Of a stretch of DNA of 64,000 nt, positions 36,400 to 48,578 are shown piece by piece. The notes beneath the pieces are model-generated. The model was not told the origin of the DNA. It made no database searches and was given only the letters and a program-made list of their open reading frames with translations. The stretch's first letter is position 1. Every line of letters begins with the position of its first letter. This stretch comes from Paraphysomonas bandaiensis (lineage: Eukaryota; Protista; Chrysophyceae). The DNA lies in the NCBI GenBank assembly GCA_965644295.1, contig CBFFRP010000054.1, positions 1 to 64,000 of the forward strand, given 5' to 3'. The position numbers and the translations under genes are program-made.

Positions 36400-36782
36400 G
36401 TTTTGTGCTGATTCTACTGGAGATGTAAAACGGAGTTTCGATACCTGTAGTTAGCAATGAGACATGTTTATGAGTTATTCGAAAAAATATGCACATCATG
36501 CACTGTCAGTAGAGAACTAGTATGAAAGATTCTTTCATTAATTTTAATTCATTAGACTGTTTTGATTTTTTGAAAAGTATAGGCTGAGTTTGCTATTGCT
36601 ATACGTGCAGTGAATTTGGCATGTACACATGTATTAGTAGCAATTAGCATGTCCTATTTAGTAATTACATCGACTCGATTCTAACACATCAGCCAACCTA
36701 TCAAACAAGCTAAACACATAAAGAAAAGAATTTAACACGATATAAGGCCTTCATGTCGATGTCGGGTACAACTTGGCGTCTT

Positions 36783-37027
36783 TATTAGGATTCAGCTCAA
36801 TACATGATAGTATCTGTGAGTTATAATGTTCAATGAAATATATCATGAACTTACTTAGAGAGAGTATCTGTCGAGGATATATGATCGTCATCATAGCGAT
36901 CGTCATTATTAGTTACACTTCTCACTATTCCGTTGTGCAAGATAGTTATGTTTTATATTGTTATTCATAGTTATCACTTTACTGTGTTCATTACTTTACA
37001 CTCTAATAATCACAACATTGTTTTACT
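36783..37027 (-). repeat. Dispersed repeat family B, copy 2
   Basis: Inverted homologue of 11340-11584. Confidence 0.85.
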
Positions 37028-37189
37028 GTTACTAAGATCAATTCTTTATTGTCTTCTATATTGTATGGAGTATGGATAGGTTATCGAAGTAGTCATCTTC
37101 GACAAATAAGAAAACTTCTCAAATATTAAGTCATTATAAAGTACAAAGTGTTTTGAAATTAAACTTTTAGTAACAATGAAGTAGAAGTA

Positions 37190-37565
37190 GTGGATGTTTT
37201 ACTATTAACAATAATGGCTTTTAAGAGCGCAATATAACTAACTAGTGCTTAGCTCTGATGTCCTACTATTTAGCGCTACGAAAGGTGCTTGTGCATCACC
37301 ACAAGCACCAAGTGGCAACCATTGCTATGACTCAAAGCAAACGCCGTGACTATGCAGTATTTTGACATACCTGACTTCAGGATTTAAAGGTACCGTCTAC
37401 ACAAGTGACACTTACTAGTAATTTACCTTGTACCTCACTAGAATTTGGCTATAAGTAGGCAGAACAATAGCTGCTGACTATATACGCGGCTCACGTTTGT
37501 TTCCCAAAAAATATCCCCGGTACTTATCGCCCAGAACACCACGAGAAGGTACGAGTCCGACTTTG
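37190..37565 (-). mobile_element. 3' UTR fragment of retroelement subfamily A2
   Basis: Bridges the 19.7-20.0 kb sequence to the hairpin core and terminal motif seen at 1-240, 29.1 kb and 43.1 kb. Confidence 0.75.
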
Positions 37566-38063
37566 TTGAAAGGCCAATGAAGTAGTTTTAATTTAATGAA
37601 ATATGCCTTAAACTGTAGAGCGATAAATTTACGATGAATTTAGTTATAAAGTTAGACACTAGAAGTTAAGTATTGCCAATTCAACATACAGGATATTCAT
37701 CATATATGCCCGCCACTATGTATGGTAAATAGCTGGGCTTTGGGCTTTAATTTCAGGACTGACTGTGAAAGTCTTATCGAATATTCCGAGTTGAAATGCT
37801 TCTCGAATATACAAATCTCGATAAAAGAGTGCTTGTCTTAGAGTGCAAATATCATAAAATTATTATTCATCACATCATGATGTCACAAAATGACTAATCC
37901 AACAGTTAACACCTAAGTGATTATACAATGAGGAGCACATTTGAAGGCGTACTCACTGTGATGGCAACAGACGCGTCGTAGCAACAGAAAACTATCAACA
38001 AACCCTTGAAAAGAGCCATAAACTATACAAACTTCATGAATGCAAGTCATATGTGTACATACT

Positions 38064-39697
38064 CTATCTTCCCCAATCGTCATTCTCCTCATACAACGAG
38101 AAATTATCCTTCGAGGGCTCCAGTTTGGTCATAATGATTACAAGAGCCCAGCTGAAGGACAAGGCAAAGAGAGTGATTGATACAAGTCTTAATCCCCACT
38201 GCACAAATTCATTACACAGTGTCACAGCTCTATCAGGTATACCTTCGTATAAAAGTTGTCTAGCTCATGAGTGAGGGCCATGATGCCAGCAATAATCCCT
38301 TGTATTGCCCCACCAAAATGTGCGGCCCAATCCACATATTTACTGAACGAGAACACAAGCTACAGGGCACCATTACACACACGGATTCGAAAAAAGTCAT
38401 AAATACCGTGAGTGTGATTGCTGCTGTGACCATTACAAGTTGACAGTTTCTCTGTGTTCGACATTCTTGAGGTACCTTCTTCCTACAAGACATCGTAAAG
38501 TATTCATCCTTAAAAAAAAGCTACTCACCATCTAAATACAATCCATACCAGCCAAGCGGAGAGCATGCCGAGGACAGCCCCGCTACTACCCACCCCAACA
38601 GAGTCAGGAAGAAATATACAGCTAGCAGGTGACATATACGATTAGGACATGCAGAGCTTGTGTGATAAAAAGCGCTACCTTAGCATATTGCCGTATATTC
38701 CCGATGCAAAATAGACGAAAAGCCACTGAGGAGTACCAAAGACTAGATTAAGGTATCCGCCAACGCGTAACTATAACACGGTCAACAAAGTTCATAATGT
38801 TACGAGGTACATGGGTAACCTGAATAATCCCATTAGACAATATGTGTACCACTCCAGCATGGAGAAAAATAGGAGTAAAAAGTCTCCACCACTCGTGTCG
38901 GTATACTAACAGGCCAGCCTCCTTAGCGCCGTACCGTACCTGAAAAACATATTTCCGTAAACAAAAACGGATAACAATGAGTTTCTAATATTAAGGTAAT
39001 GCAAATTTACGTACGGACGAGACATTATTACCATGGTGGTCGCAGGGGGGCCTACTAGAGGATTTTCATCTCTTGGAGCATATCCATCGTCCTGAATCAT
39101 TGCGATCAGCACACCGATCTAGTCCAATACACGTTAGCTCAGAAAAAATATCTGAAGAGTTCAACACACCTGAGCCAATAATATGAGGGTAGATATGGTA
39201 ACCAACTGCCGTTTGCAACTTGACGCACTGTACTCCTTGCTATCGAAATCTCCACGACGTCTCTGCCTGCCTGCCTGTGTCTCTTCTCCTATTTCGAACT
39301 CCATAGCTTGCAGAGCTCTGGCCATAGTAAAATCATCCATCCAACCGTGCTGTGCTTCTTCGGTAGTGGGTAGAACATCTGCCTCAAGGTCATCCATTCT
39401 GAGATCTATTAACTCCTGTTGCATTTTCATTTCGGCATCTGTAGGCTCATCAGCGTATTGAGGCTGATATAAACTAACGCGTTGTTCGTATCGTTCAGGT
39501 GTATAAAGCTTATCATATCCATTCCTTGATGATGTTGTTCCTTGACTTAATGATAATGCAAGATCATGATCTTTCTTTAATTGTCGTTGTACTTTAATCT
39601 CTTCAGGTATAACATCATTGTCTGTTATCGGTATGGATGTCCCACTCTCAGGATCAACTAAAACATCGCGCTCTGCATCATAATACATAGAACTCAT
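38064..39697 (-). CDS. Rhomboid intramembrane serine protease
   Basis: Motifs NPLVGP, RYGAK, EWWRLFTPIFLHAGVVH, catalytic GSSG and DWAAHFGG, over multiple short introns. Confidence 0.9.
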
Positions 39698-39998
39698 TAC
39701 AGCAAAGGTGATAATCTATTTCAATTGGGAGGCTGCATATGAGCCATATATGGCAATATATTTAATAGAAATGATTCCCAAAATTTCCAGTTTTGGTCGA
39801 AGGAGTCCAAGTAGTGTACTATATTCTACCTGTTTTTTTATAGGATATTCAGATAGGAGATTCCCTTATTTCAAGTGTTGGTCATACGATACACCAATGC
39901 AGCTGATTGGCTGAAAATGTATTCTCAACACTTCCTCTCTATAAGAACTCCACTCATCCCAATAACTAAAAACTGAATATCATCCATATTCTGGGGGT

Positions 39999-40137
39999 GG
40001 TTGTGTATGTCGATTTTATCGATTATTTCATCATTTATTTCATTGAAAAGTCATCGTTTTATCTTTAAAAAGTAACTTTTTTCACTTTTCACTTGAAATA
40101 AATGATGAACAAATTGATAAAATCGATATGCACAACC
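39999..40137. repeat. Hairpin/MITE with about 53-bp inverted arms
   Basis: 39999-40051 is complementary to 40084-40137 with few mismatches. Confidence 0.85.
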
Positions 40138-40436
40138 TCCCGTATACTTCGTACTGATGTACTGGTATCGCCGTATAGCAGCGTATGGGAGCTATATAAC
40201 CAATAGGAATAGGACTCTCTATTTTTTTGATTGGTGGTTGTGGTTTAGAAGAAACCATGAAGATAAAGACGAAGTTGTGAAAGTGTGATGAGATACATAC
40301 ATATGAATATATAGAGAAGTAGTTCACTATAGAGACGAGAGGTACGGTACTATAAACCACATAGTTACTATAAGATACCACTATATAGAGTGAATCGTTA
40401 TTATTCTTTGGATTTCTACAAGATAGATTTGTAGAA

Positions 40437-42694
40437 ATGGAAATGTTAACACGTCTTCTTCATTCAGGGATCATCCCATTTGCTCTGATACCAATTACAA
40501 TGACATTTATACGAAGAATGAATCAAACAGTATTGATTAGTAATAAGCAATCTGTTGATCATACAAACAACACTATAGATAAATTATCTGTAACAATTTT
40601 GTATGGGACAACAACAGGAACATCTAAGAAAATGGCTTATGAATTAATGGAGAGGATAGTTGCTTTTGGTAATGTAGTGACTGTAAATATATGCGATATG
40701 AAAGAGTATGATTTGGATTCATTGGAAAGTGAGAATGTTGTGTTGATACTATGCTCTACTTGGACTGGTGGTACAGTCCCTGAATTATGTGAACCATTTA
40801 TGGCTGGTTTACAAGATTTAGCTAATGATTTCAGAGTAAGCAAAAATCTTCTTGACAAAGTGAAGTTTGCTGTTATGGGTCTTGGAGGAAAGGTGTATGG
40901 TGAGAATTTCTGTAAATCGGTGAGTCTATTTCTCTTTTTCTGTATTCTCTTCTTATATATTATCAGTCACTTGATATCCATAACACTTTGGTTTCTCTGG
41001 GGGCATCACCTTTATTAGGGGTGGTATATGGGGATGACGCTAGCGACCTGAGTGCGCGCTTCACTTCTTGGAGTTGCCGAGTTGAGAGTAGCGTTCTTTC
41101 ACTTTGCCCATCAAGTGGGCTGGAGTCACAAGCCCCTGTTTCAACTTCTGGTGGTCGGCGTAATGGAAAAGTCCAACGTCTGAAAGGCAGCGCGAGGAAG
41201 TCTTCCCCACCTTCGGAATCCTGTGGTGACTGTTCATGTGGAGAACCTCCGGTGGAGCCAGCTACGCGCCCGAAGAAAAAGAAGAAGCAGAAAAAAGTTA
41301 TACCTGAAGAGGAGGAACTCGAGGAGGAAGATATTATCAATAATACCTTCGTATGCGATAGTGATAGCGATGAAGAAGGTGGAGTAGTGGAGAGCAAAGG
41401 CGAAGCTGAGGGACTTGTTGATGTCGAAGACCTAGGAACATCCATGGCTAATGCTGAAGAGGAGAGTCGAGCTGTGGGAAGGGAAATGGTGACTAAGCTC
41501 CAGCGCAAAGCCCTGACGAAAGAAGGATATAAAATTATCGGTACTCATAGTGCAGTAAAGATGTGTCGCTGGACGAAGAATCAAATGCGTGGCAGGGGAG
41601 GATGCTATAAACACTCATTTTATGGCATTACCTCATACCAGTGTATGGAAGCAACCCCATCCCTCGCATGTGCTAACAAGTGCGTATTCTGCTGGAGACA
41701 CCACAAAAACCCAGTTGGTACTGAGTGGAGGTGGAAAACGGACTCACCTGATATGATTGTTTCACAAGCCATATCAGAACATCAGGCAATGGTTAATCAA
41801 ATGCGCGGTGTTCCTGGAGTTCTCCCAGAGAGGTTTAAAGAAGCATTTACTGTTCGTCACTGCGCACTTTCTCTTGTCGGTGAACCAATCATGTATCCCC
41901 ACATTAATGAGATGGTAAAGCAGTTGCACGATCGAAAAATCAGTACCTTTCTTGTGACCAACGCGCAGTTTCCTGAGGCTATACGTGATATGGATCCAGT
42001 TACTCAGTTGTATGTCTCTGTAGACGCAGCAACTAGCGAATCAATGAAAGCAATTGACCGTCCATTGTTTAAAGACTTTTGGCAGCGTTTCCGCACATCA
42101 TTGGTGCATATGCGAGAAAAGCGACAGCGAACAGTGTATCGTATGACATTAGTGAAGAGCTGGAATATGGATGAGGTTCAGCAGTATTCTGACCTAATTG
42201 CGGAGGGTTGTCCGGATTTCATAGAAATTAAGGCCGTCACATACTGCGGTAAGTCAGATGCATCCTCCCTGACTATGCAGAATGTTCCATGGCACCACGA
42301 GGTGTGTGACTACGCTGAGGCCATATCAGCCAACCTAAAAGCACGTAATAATAATAACAGCGACGAAGCTGTCTACGTGCCCGGCTACAGTATTGCGACA
42401 GAGCACGAGCACTCATGTTGTGTCCTTCTTGCCAGAGAGGATAAATTCAAAGTAGATGGAGAGTGGTACACATGGATTGACTACAACAAATTCGATGAAT
42501 TGATAGCAGAATACTATGCATCAGGCGGAGAGAAGAAGTTCACCAGTTCAGACTACATGGCCAAGACACCATCGTGGGCTCTGTACAAGTCAGCCGAACG
42601 AGGATTTGATCCCGTTGAGTCTAGATGGCGAAGGAACAAAGCAGGAGCAATTGTTGAGATTGAATACAAGGCCAGTGATTCAGGATGTGGCTAG
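40437..42694 (+). CDS. TYW1: tRNA 4-demethylwyosine synthase (flavodoxin plus radical SAM)
   Basis: Flavodoxin YGTTTGTS; intron 40920-40966; HSAVKMCRWTK, CANKCVFC, HCALSLVGEP and FIEIKAVTYCG. Confidence 0.97.
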
Positions 42695-43034
42695 ATTTAT
42701 TATCGAAATGCCTAAAAGTGCGTATTAATCCCGTTCAGTGTAATTAGCTAAGATCTGTAGGTTGCTGAGTACTGATAACGAATAATAAGACTAGTAGTGG
42801 CATAAATCCAGAAATTTCTTAATATTTAGAGGAATTAGTATTTTCGATCAGTATGTTTACTACTTACTACTTACTGTAACATAATGCCGTTAAAGTTATA
42901 TCTGTACTAAATTATTTCACGGAATATTGAAACTAACGAATATGGAATATTTCGCGGTACACGTTATTAACGAAATGAATTTGGGCTTCTTAATGCATGA
43001 AATACTTAACACTAATGTCAAGACTTCTATCAAC

Positions 43035-43237
43035 TGAAGTCAAGCATCCGGGCTGTTGACCTTAAGGACTCTAAAATCCTGAAGTCAGCAGATGTAATAT
43101 CAACATTCTGCTGGGTCATTGTGTTTGCTTTGAGTGATATAGAGAGTGATATATACACCTTGATGCTTGCGGCGACGTACAAGGTACAAGCAGCTATCGC
43201 AGCGTTAAATAGTAGGATATCAGAGTTAAGCATTAAG
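43035..43237 (+). mobile_element. 3' UTR fragment of retroelement subfamily A2
   Basis: tgaagtcaagcatccgggctgtt..aaatcctgaagtcag..tgcttgcggcgacg..aaatagtaggatatcagagttaagca matches the other A2 copies. Confidence 0.75.
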
Positions 43238-43269
43238 TGTTGAGATCTGAAGATACTATATACTTGCAA

Positions 43270-43750
43270 TTGAGTGCAGTATTATGTGAAATGCAAGCAT
43301 CGAAAGATACATATATATGTATGTAATTAGTAGATTAAATTGTGTAGTCTGAAACTGAAGCAGAAGTTGGTGACTATACAGGATACGATTACTGAGTGTG
43401 TGGTTTGTACACTAAAGTGGTAAATGAATGGTGTTGAACACATCGAATACAACATAGATAGGTTCTTTATCATGTAATGTTTATAATTTCATCTTATCAA
43501 TTGAGAATAGCAAACCTGAGCAAATAATGTCAAACAATTCTGTTATGGTAGCGGATGGTAGTTGTTGTAGGGATGGGGAAGTTGACAAGAAGCTACGGTT
43601 TGACAAGAACCAGGCAGAGTATTTAGCGAGAAATACCCTGATGTCTTGGAGGGGAAGGCAATTTTACCTGCTGATGATCCTGCTAAGGAGGTGTTATCCA
43701 GTGAGATCCTTCATACATTGGTTGATAGGTTCAGAGGCGAGATTGGGAAC
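43270..43750 (+). mobile_element. Possible LTR end plus gag-like start, opposite in orientation to the adjacent pol
   Basis: AT-rich stretch ending tgtcaaaca, then tggtagc and broken ORFs (KKLRFDKN.., EILHTLVDRFRG) abutting the truncated RNase H. Identification is weak. Confidence 0.3.
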
Positions 43751-46700
43751 CACGTGCTCTCTCACCATGTGATACTTAATCTCAATGTACTTCGACTTCT
43801 TGTGAAACACTGGGTTTCGGCCAAACTCTGACTGTCGATGAAGAATGGTGTGGGCTTGATAAGCCTCAACTTAATCTCACCCGTCACCCTCCGAACCCAC
43901 AGCACTTCTTGAAGACCCGAGTAAATACACTGATACTCAGACTGCATGCTTGACGTTGCCACTGTCGTCTGCAATTTGGACTGCCAGACTATATAGACCC
44001 TCCCGCTGCAAATATACCCAACGTACCCCGATGTGGACTTCCTGGACAGCTGGTCTCCCGCCCAATCCGCGTCAGTAAACATATTATGATGGAAGTCGAA
44101 CCGTCTACTCCCATATTGAATCCCTTTGTCAACAGAACCACGAATATATTGCCATACGTATGCTAATATAGCTTGCATACTTCAATATTCACCTTGTTAC
44201 TGAACCGAGACAGTACTCCCACCGCATAAGCAATCTCCGGCCTCGTGTTCATGGATAGATATAGTAATGCACCTATCAGCGGCCGATATGAGAAGTTATC
44301 TACTGTAAGCTGTTCCTCCTCGGTATGCGCATGCCGCGCCCCTTTTGCCACTAAATCCATTGCTTCTGCAGGTAGAGGACTCTTCAGTTCCTTTCACGGT
44401 GGCCCAAGATACTTCTCAAACTTTTCTAAGATCTTAGCCGCATATACTGATTGGTCAAGACGAATATACTTTTTGGCGTCCTTGTGACTCGAACATTCAG
44501 AAAATGTTCCATCTCGTCCATGTCCTACATATCAAACCGGGCACACAGTTGAGCTTTAATATCCTTCACTATGTTGACATACATCACGACCTAAAACTAG
44601 GATATATCATCCACATAATATATCGTTAATAATACCAATTCATCGCCCTTATACTGATAATACAAACACGGGTCTAATACACATGGTTTAAAAAATGCAT
44701 ATATCGTATAAATTTATTCAATGTTTTCCACCATGACCGCGGGGGGCTCCGAAGCCGTATAACTGCTTCTTCAACGTAAAGCAGTACCCCTCAGGCAGCT
44801 GAAAGTCCGGAGTTGCTATCATATATACGCCCCCTCTATATCTGCATATAGAAATTATGTGTTAGACGCATCCAGTTGATGAATTACCATGTTCATCACG
44901 AAGGCTATGGCGATTAACAGTCGCACTGTTACCCCCTTAACAACGGGAGCGAAATGGTTCGCCCAACCACTCGACTGCTGTCCACAACCGATTGCTACAA
45001 GACGAGCCTTATATCGGCGGACCTCTCTTTCCTTATCGTACTTCTTTCCATAATAGACGTACTTGGAGTGCAGTGGGACGACTCCGTCCGGTATACGAGT
45101 CACCTCCATGGTGTCTCGCTTCGCCAGACCCTCTCGCTTCGCCAGACCCTCTCGCTCTCTACACGGCGAGCTCGTCTCCACTCCCTGTGCTTGGCACTCT
45201 CCAAGGACTCACGATGTGTCTGAGAGGCACTGTCGACTCTTCCGCTGACATCCACACTGAGTCTGCCTCCTGTAAAAGGTAACTCACATCACCCTCATCA
45301 CTCAAATGATGGATTTGTCTTAACACTGACACATTCGTGACCGTCCTTGGAGCTCTTGCGCGCTTGCCGTGCGGATGATTCTCGGCAGGATCCGTTCCCC
45401 CGAAGGTGATGCTGAGTCAGCCTGGGGCTGCACCTGCCCACTTTCCGACTACTGTGGCATCACTCCGCTGATACCGCCGTCACGGTTGTCAGTAACTCTG
45501 GCCCTAACCACACTCTGCGCAAGATCCTCTGTCATCTTCTTGATGTCAGCAATGTGAATAGGGGTCTACATGTAGTCTATATCAGGTGTCGACACACATG
45601 TGGAAGTGCATTCTCTGATTAGTAGTAGTTTTCTGCTATGTACACTGCAACTAATATATGGTGTAGATAACAATGTGTAGAATGTAAAAATATAGAGATT
45701 TATTATATGTGTACTGTACGTACGTGTGTAGCGTTTTCATACTTCGCTTCATGCACATCCTCTGGATTACAGTGCATTGTAATTTCTCCACTTATGAACC
45801 TGGTCACCAGTAACCAACGACCGGTATCCCACAATAAGCCCCTTCCTTATCACCACTCTGTTGGTCGTATAGCAGAGCACCGTCCTCATGGTGCTTAACC
45901 TCAAACTCACCCGGTTGGCGAGCCTTGGGGTTTATAGCCACTTGAGCCTCCTCCAGCTCTCTATAATAATCTTGAGACCTCTCAGGTACCGATTCATCAA
46001 ACAATACATGTACAGAGTGTACTGCGGTATCCCCCACTTGCACCTTGTATCCTTTTCGATCAGCTGGATACCCTATGAAGTAACCTGTCTTTGCTTTGTT
46101 CTCCCAGTCCTTCCTCCTGTCGGTCTTAGGTGTTAGCACATATGCTTTACATCCCCATTTCCGTAGCCACGATAGGCTGGGAACGCTCCCCCCTGGGACA
46201 CATTCATATGGAGACATCCATCCTTGCCACGTCCGATTGGCATTCGTCGCACAATGTAACATGCAGTTGATACTTATCAAACCAGTATGACTTTGGAAGT
46301 CCGGATGTCGTCAACATCGTCAGTCTCATCTCCTCAATTGTTCGGAATTTCCTCTCAGACACCGCGTTGAGCTCTGGCGTGTCTCTCGTTGTATGTGACA
46401 CCCGAATCCCATATCGCTGCAACAGATACTCTCTTATCTGCTGACTAATAAGTTCGGATCCTCCATCGGCATGATACTCTCGTACTTCACTAAATGAACC
46501 TCACATAAGTGTCGTAGACATTTGAAAACTTCATCTCCGCTTCGAGTCTTTAAACCATACTCCCATATCATCTTTGTCGCCAAGTCCGTAAATATAAGTA
46601 CATACTTATAACCCTGTCTTGATTCACAATTCAAGTACACTGAGATATCAGCTGTCACCCTTTCCAGAAACCTGACGGCGGCACGGGACAATGAGGAGCT
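43750..46700 (-). mobile_element. Decayed Ty1/copia LTR retrotransposon pol (integrase-RT-RNase H)
   Basis: Integrase ADISV..HADGG..PELNAVSER and WGCKAY..GYFIGY; RT YKARLVA, QLD and YVDDI; RNase H FTDADWAG..RKSTSGY, SSMQSEY and IEIKYH. Many frameshifts. Confidence 0.95.
45567..45781. repeat. Inverted copy of the cyclophilin 3' flank (47090-47302) inserted in the copia remnant
   Basis: 215 nt that are the reverse complement of 47090-47302. By eye they differ by two substitutions and one 2-nt indel. Confidence 0.95.
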
Positions 46701-46934
46701 AAGCGCTGTCAGGTTTCTGGAAAGGGTGACAGTTGACATCTCAGTGTACCTGAATTGTGAATCCAGACAAGGCTATAAGTATGTACTTCTATTGGCGACA
46801 AAGATGATATGGGAGTATGGTTTAAAGACTCGAAGCGGAGATGAAGTTTTCAAATGTCTACGACACTTATGTGAGGTTCATTTAGTGAAGTACGAGGGGT
46901 GGAACCGTACTGTAGAGTATCATGCCGATGGAGG
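46459..46934. repeat. Fold-back (head-to-head) duplication of the integrase core
   Basis: Arms 46459-46680 and 46704-46934 around a 23-nt loop. ORFs 46434-46739(-) and 46726-46956(+) encode nearly the same peptide. Confidence 0.95.
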
Positions 46935-47089
46935 AGAATATCTAGGCCAGCAATAATTAGCGCAAAGTACTCATATTTCATTACGAATCCTTACTCTCGA
47001 CATACTCGGTTCTTTCCGATATATTCAACAGAGTTGATAGTTGATGTAATTCCAGAATAGTAAGCTCAACATGGGTGTAGTAGAAGGAA

Positions 47090-47302
47090 TACAATGCACT
47101 GTAATCCAGTGGATGTGCATGAAGCGAAGTATGAAAACGCTACACACGTACGTACAGTACACATATAATAAATCTCTATATTTTTACATTCTACACATTG
47201 TTATCTACACCATATATTAGTTGCAGTACATAGAAGAAAACTACTACTAATCAGAGAATGCACTTCCACATGTGTGTCGACACCTGATATAGACTACATG
47301 TA
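47090..47302. repeat. Source arm of the outer inverted repeat (cyclophilin 3' UTR/flank)
   Basis: Begins 16 nt past the cyclophilin stop codon and is complementary to 45567-45781. Confidence 0.9.
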
Positions 47303-47317
47303 AACCGTACATTCAAT

Positions 47318-47950
47318 TCATAATGGATACGCAACACCGCAATCTGAAATCGTTAGTTCTTCTGTTGGCTGGCCACTCTCAGTTCCAAACGTATTGATCT
47401 TGTGGAGTACTTCAAAGCTCTCTTCGCTACAGAGACATCCAAACACAACACACCTGTTATCAAGGTCTTTAATTTCTGCAAATGTAACTTGAAAGAGTGA
47501 GCCATTTGTATCGGGCCCCATGTTACACATAGAGAGTACACCGGGACCACAGTGCCGAAGAATAAAGTTTTCGTCTTTAAAAAAACCTCCTCCATATATT
47601 GACTTTGAACACGCCCCACCTTCGCCAAGTAGGTCGCCCCCAACAAATGTGAGATCACTGGTTACCCTACATATCACTAATAATCACATGATTGCATCAA
47701 CAGCAAAATATCTTTACCGGTGAAGTTTAGTTCCTTTATACCGATACGGTACACCATCATCACCAACTCCACGTGCTCCAGAAATCAACGATAAGAAGTT
47801 TGCACAGGCAACAGGACATAAATCTCTTCTAAGTTCAAAGTATAATCTTCCCAACAGGACTGGTTCGCTTATTTTGGATGTTAACTGTAGTTTACCACCA
47901 CCGGTTGTTATATCCATATATACAACGGGATTCTCATCTCTACTAGACAT
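47318..47950 (-). CDS. Cyclophilin-type peptidyl-prolyl isomerase, divergent active site
   Basis: NPVVYMDI, CPVACANF, YKGTKLHR, GGD..SIYGG.F.DENF and NMGPDTNGS; intron 47667-47717. Confidence 0.93.
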
Positions 47951-48578
47951 TAGAGTAGTCTAATACCACACTATATAGTGGTGTTGTAGTGCAAATACTG
48001 ATAGTATGGTATGTAAATCAGTGTGTATGTATAAGTATACTGTTCAGTAGTTAGAGTGTATTATATAGCCTCCTCTCTACTTACTTAATGATCATATACA
48101 TATGATTACAAACTGAGTAATTCTTTGCTTTATTTGATAGTAATAAACACTTGCGGTGTTGCTCTATTGTTGCTGTGGTTAAGCTTCCTTAATATATAGA
48201 GACATGTATGTACATGTACATATACATACACAGTACATACACTATGCATATACAACAGTTTTTCTGTAATATTTATGTGGTTTTAATCTTAAAAAACATG
48301 CATTTCTGTGGTTTCTAGCTTGGAAAATACCGTATGTGTTTCTAGACGAAAGTACAAAGTATGAGTTTATACTGTGGTAGTTGTGTATAAAAAGTATAGG
48401 TTTTCATATAATAGAAATCAGTTACTATAGAAAACTACTTAACGAGATGGGCATATTACATCGACAGGGTTTCATATGGTATTAAGTCTCCATTATCATG
48501 AATTAGCATGTTGGCTGCTTGTATGCAGCATACTTTAATGGAATATCAATCAATGTGTTTGTTAGTAATATATTAGTG

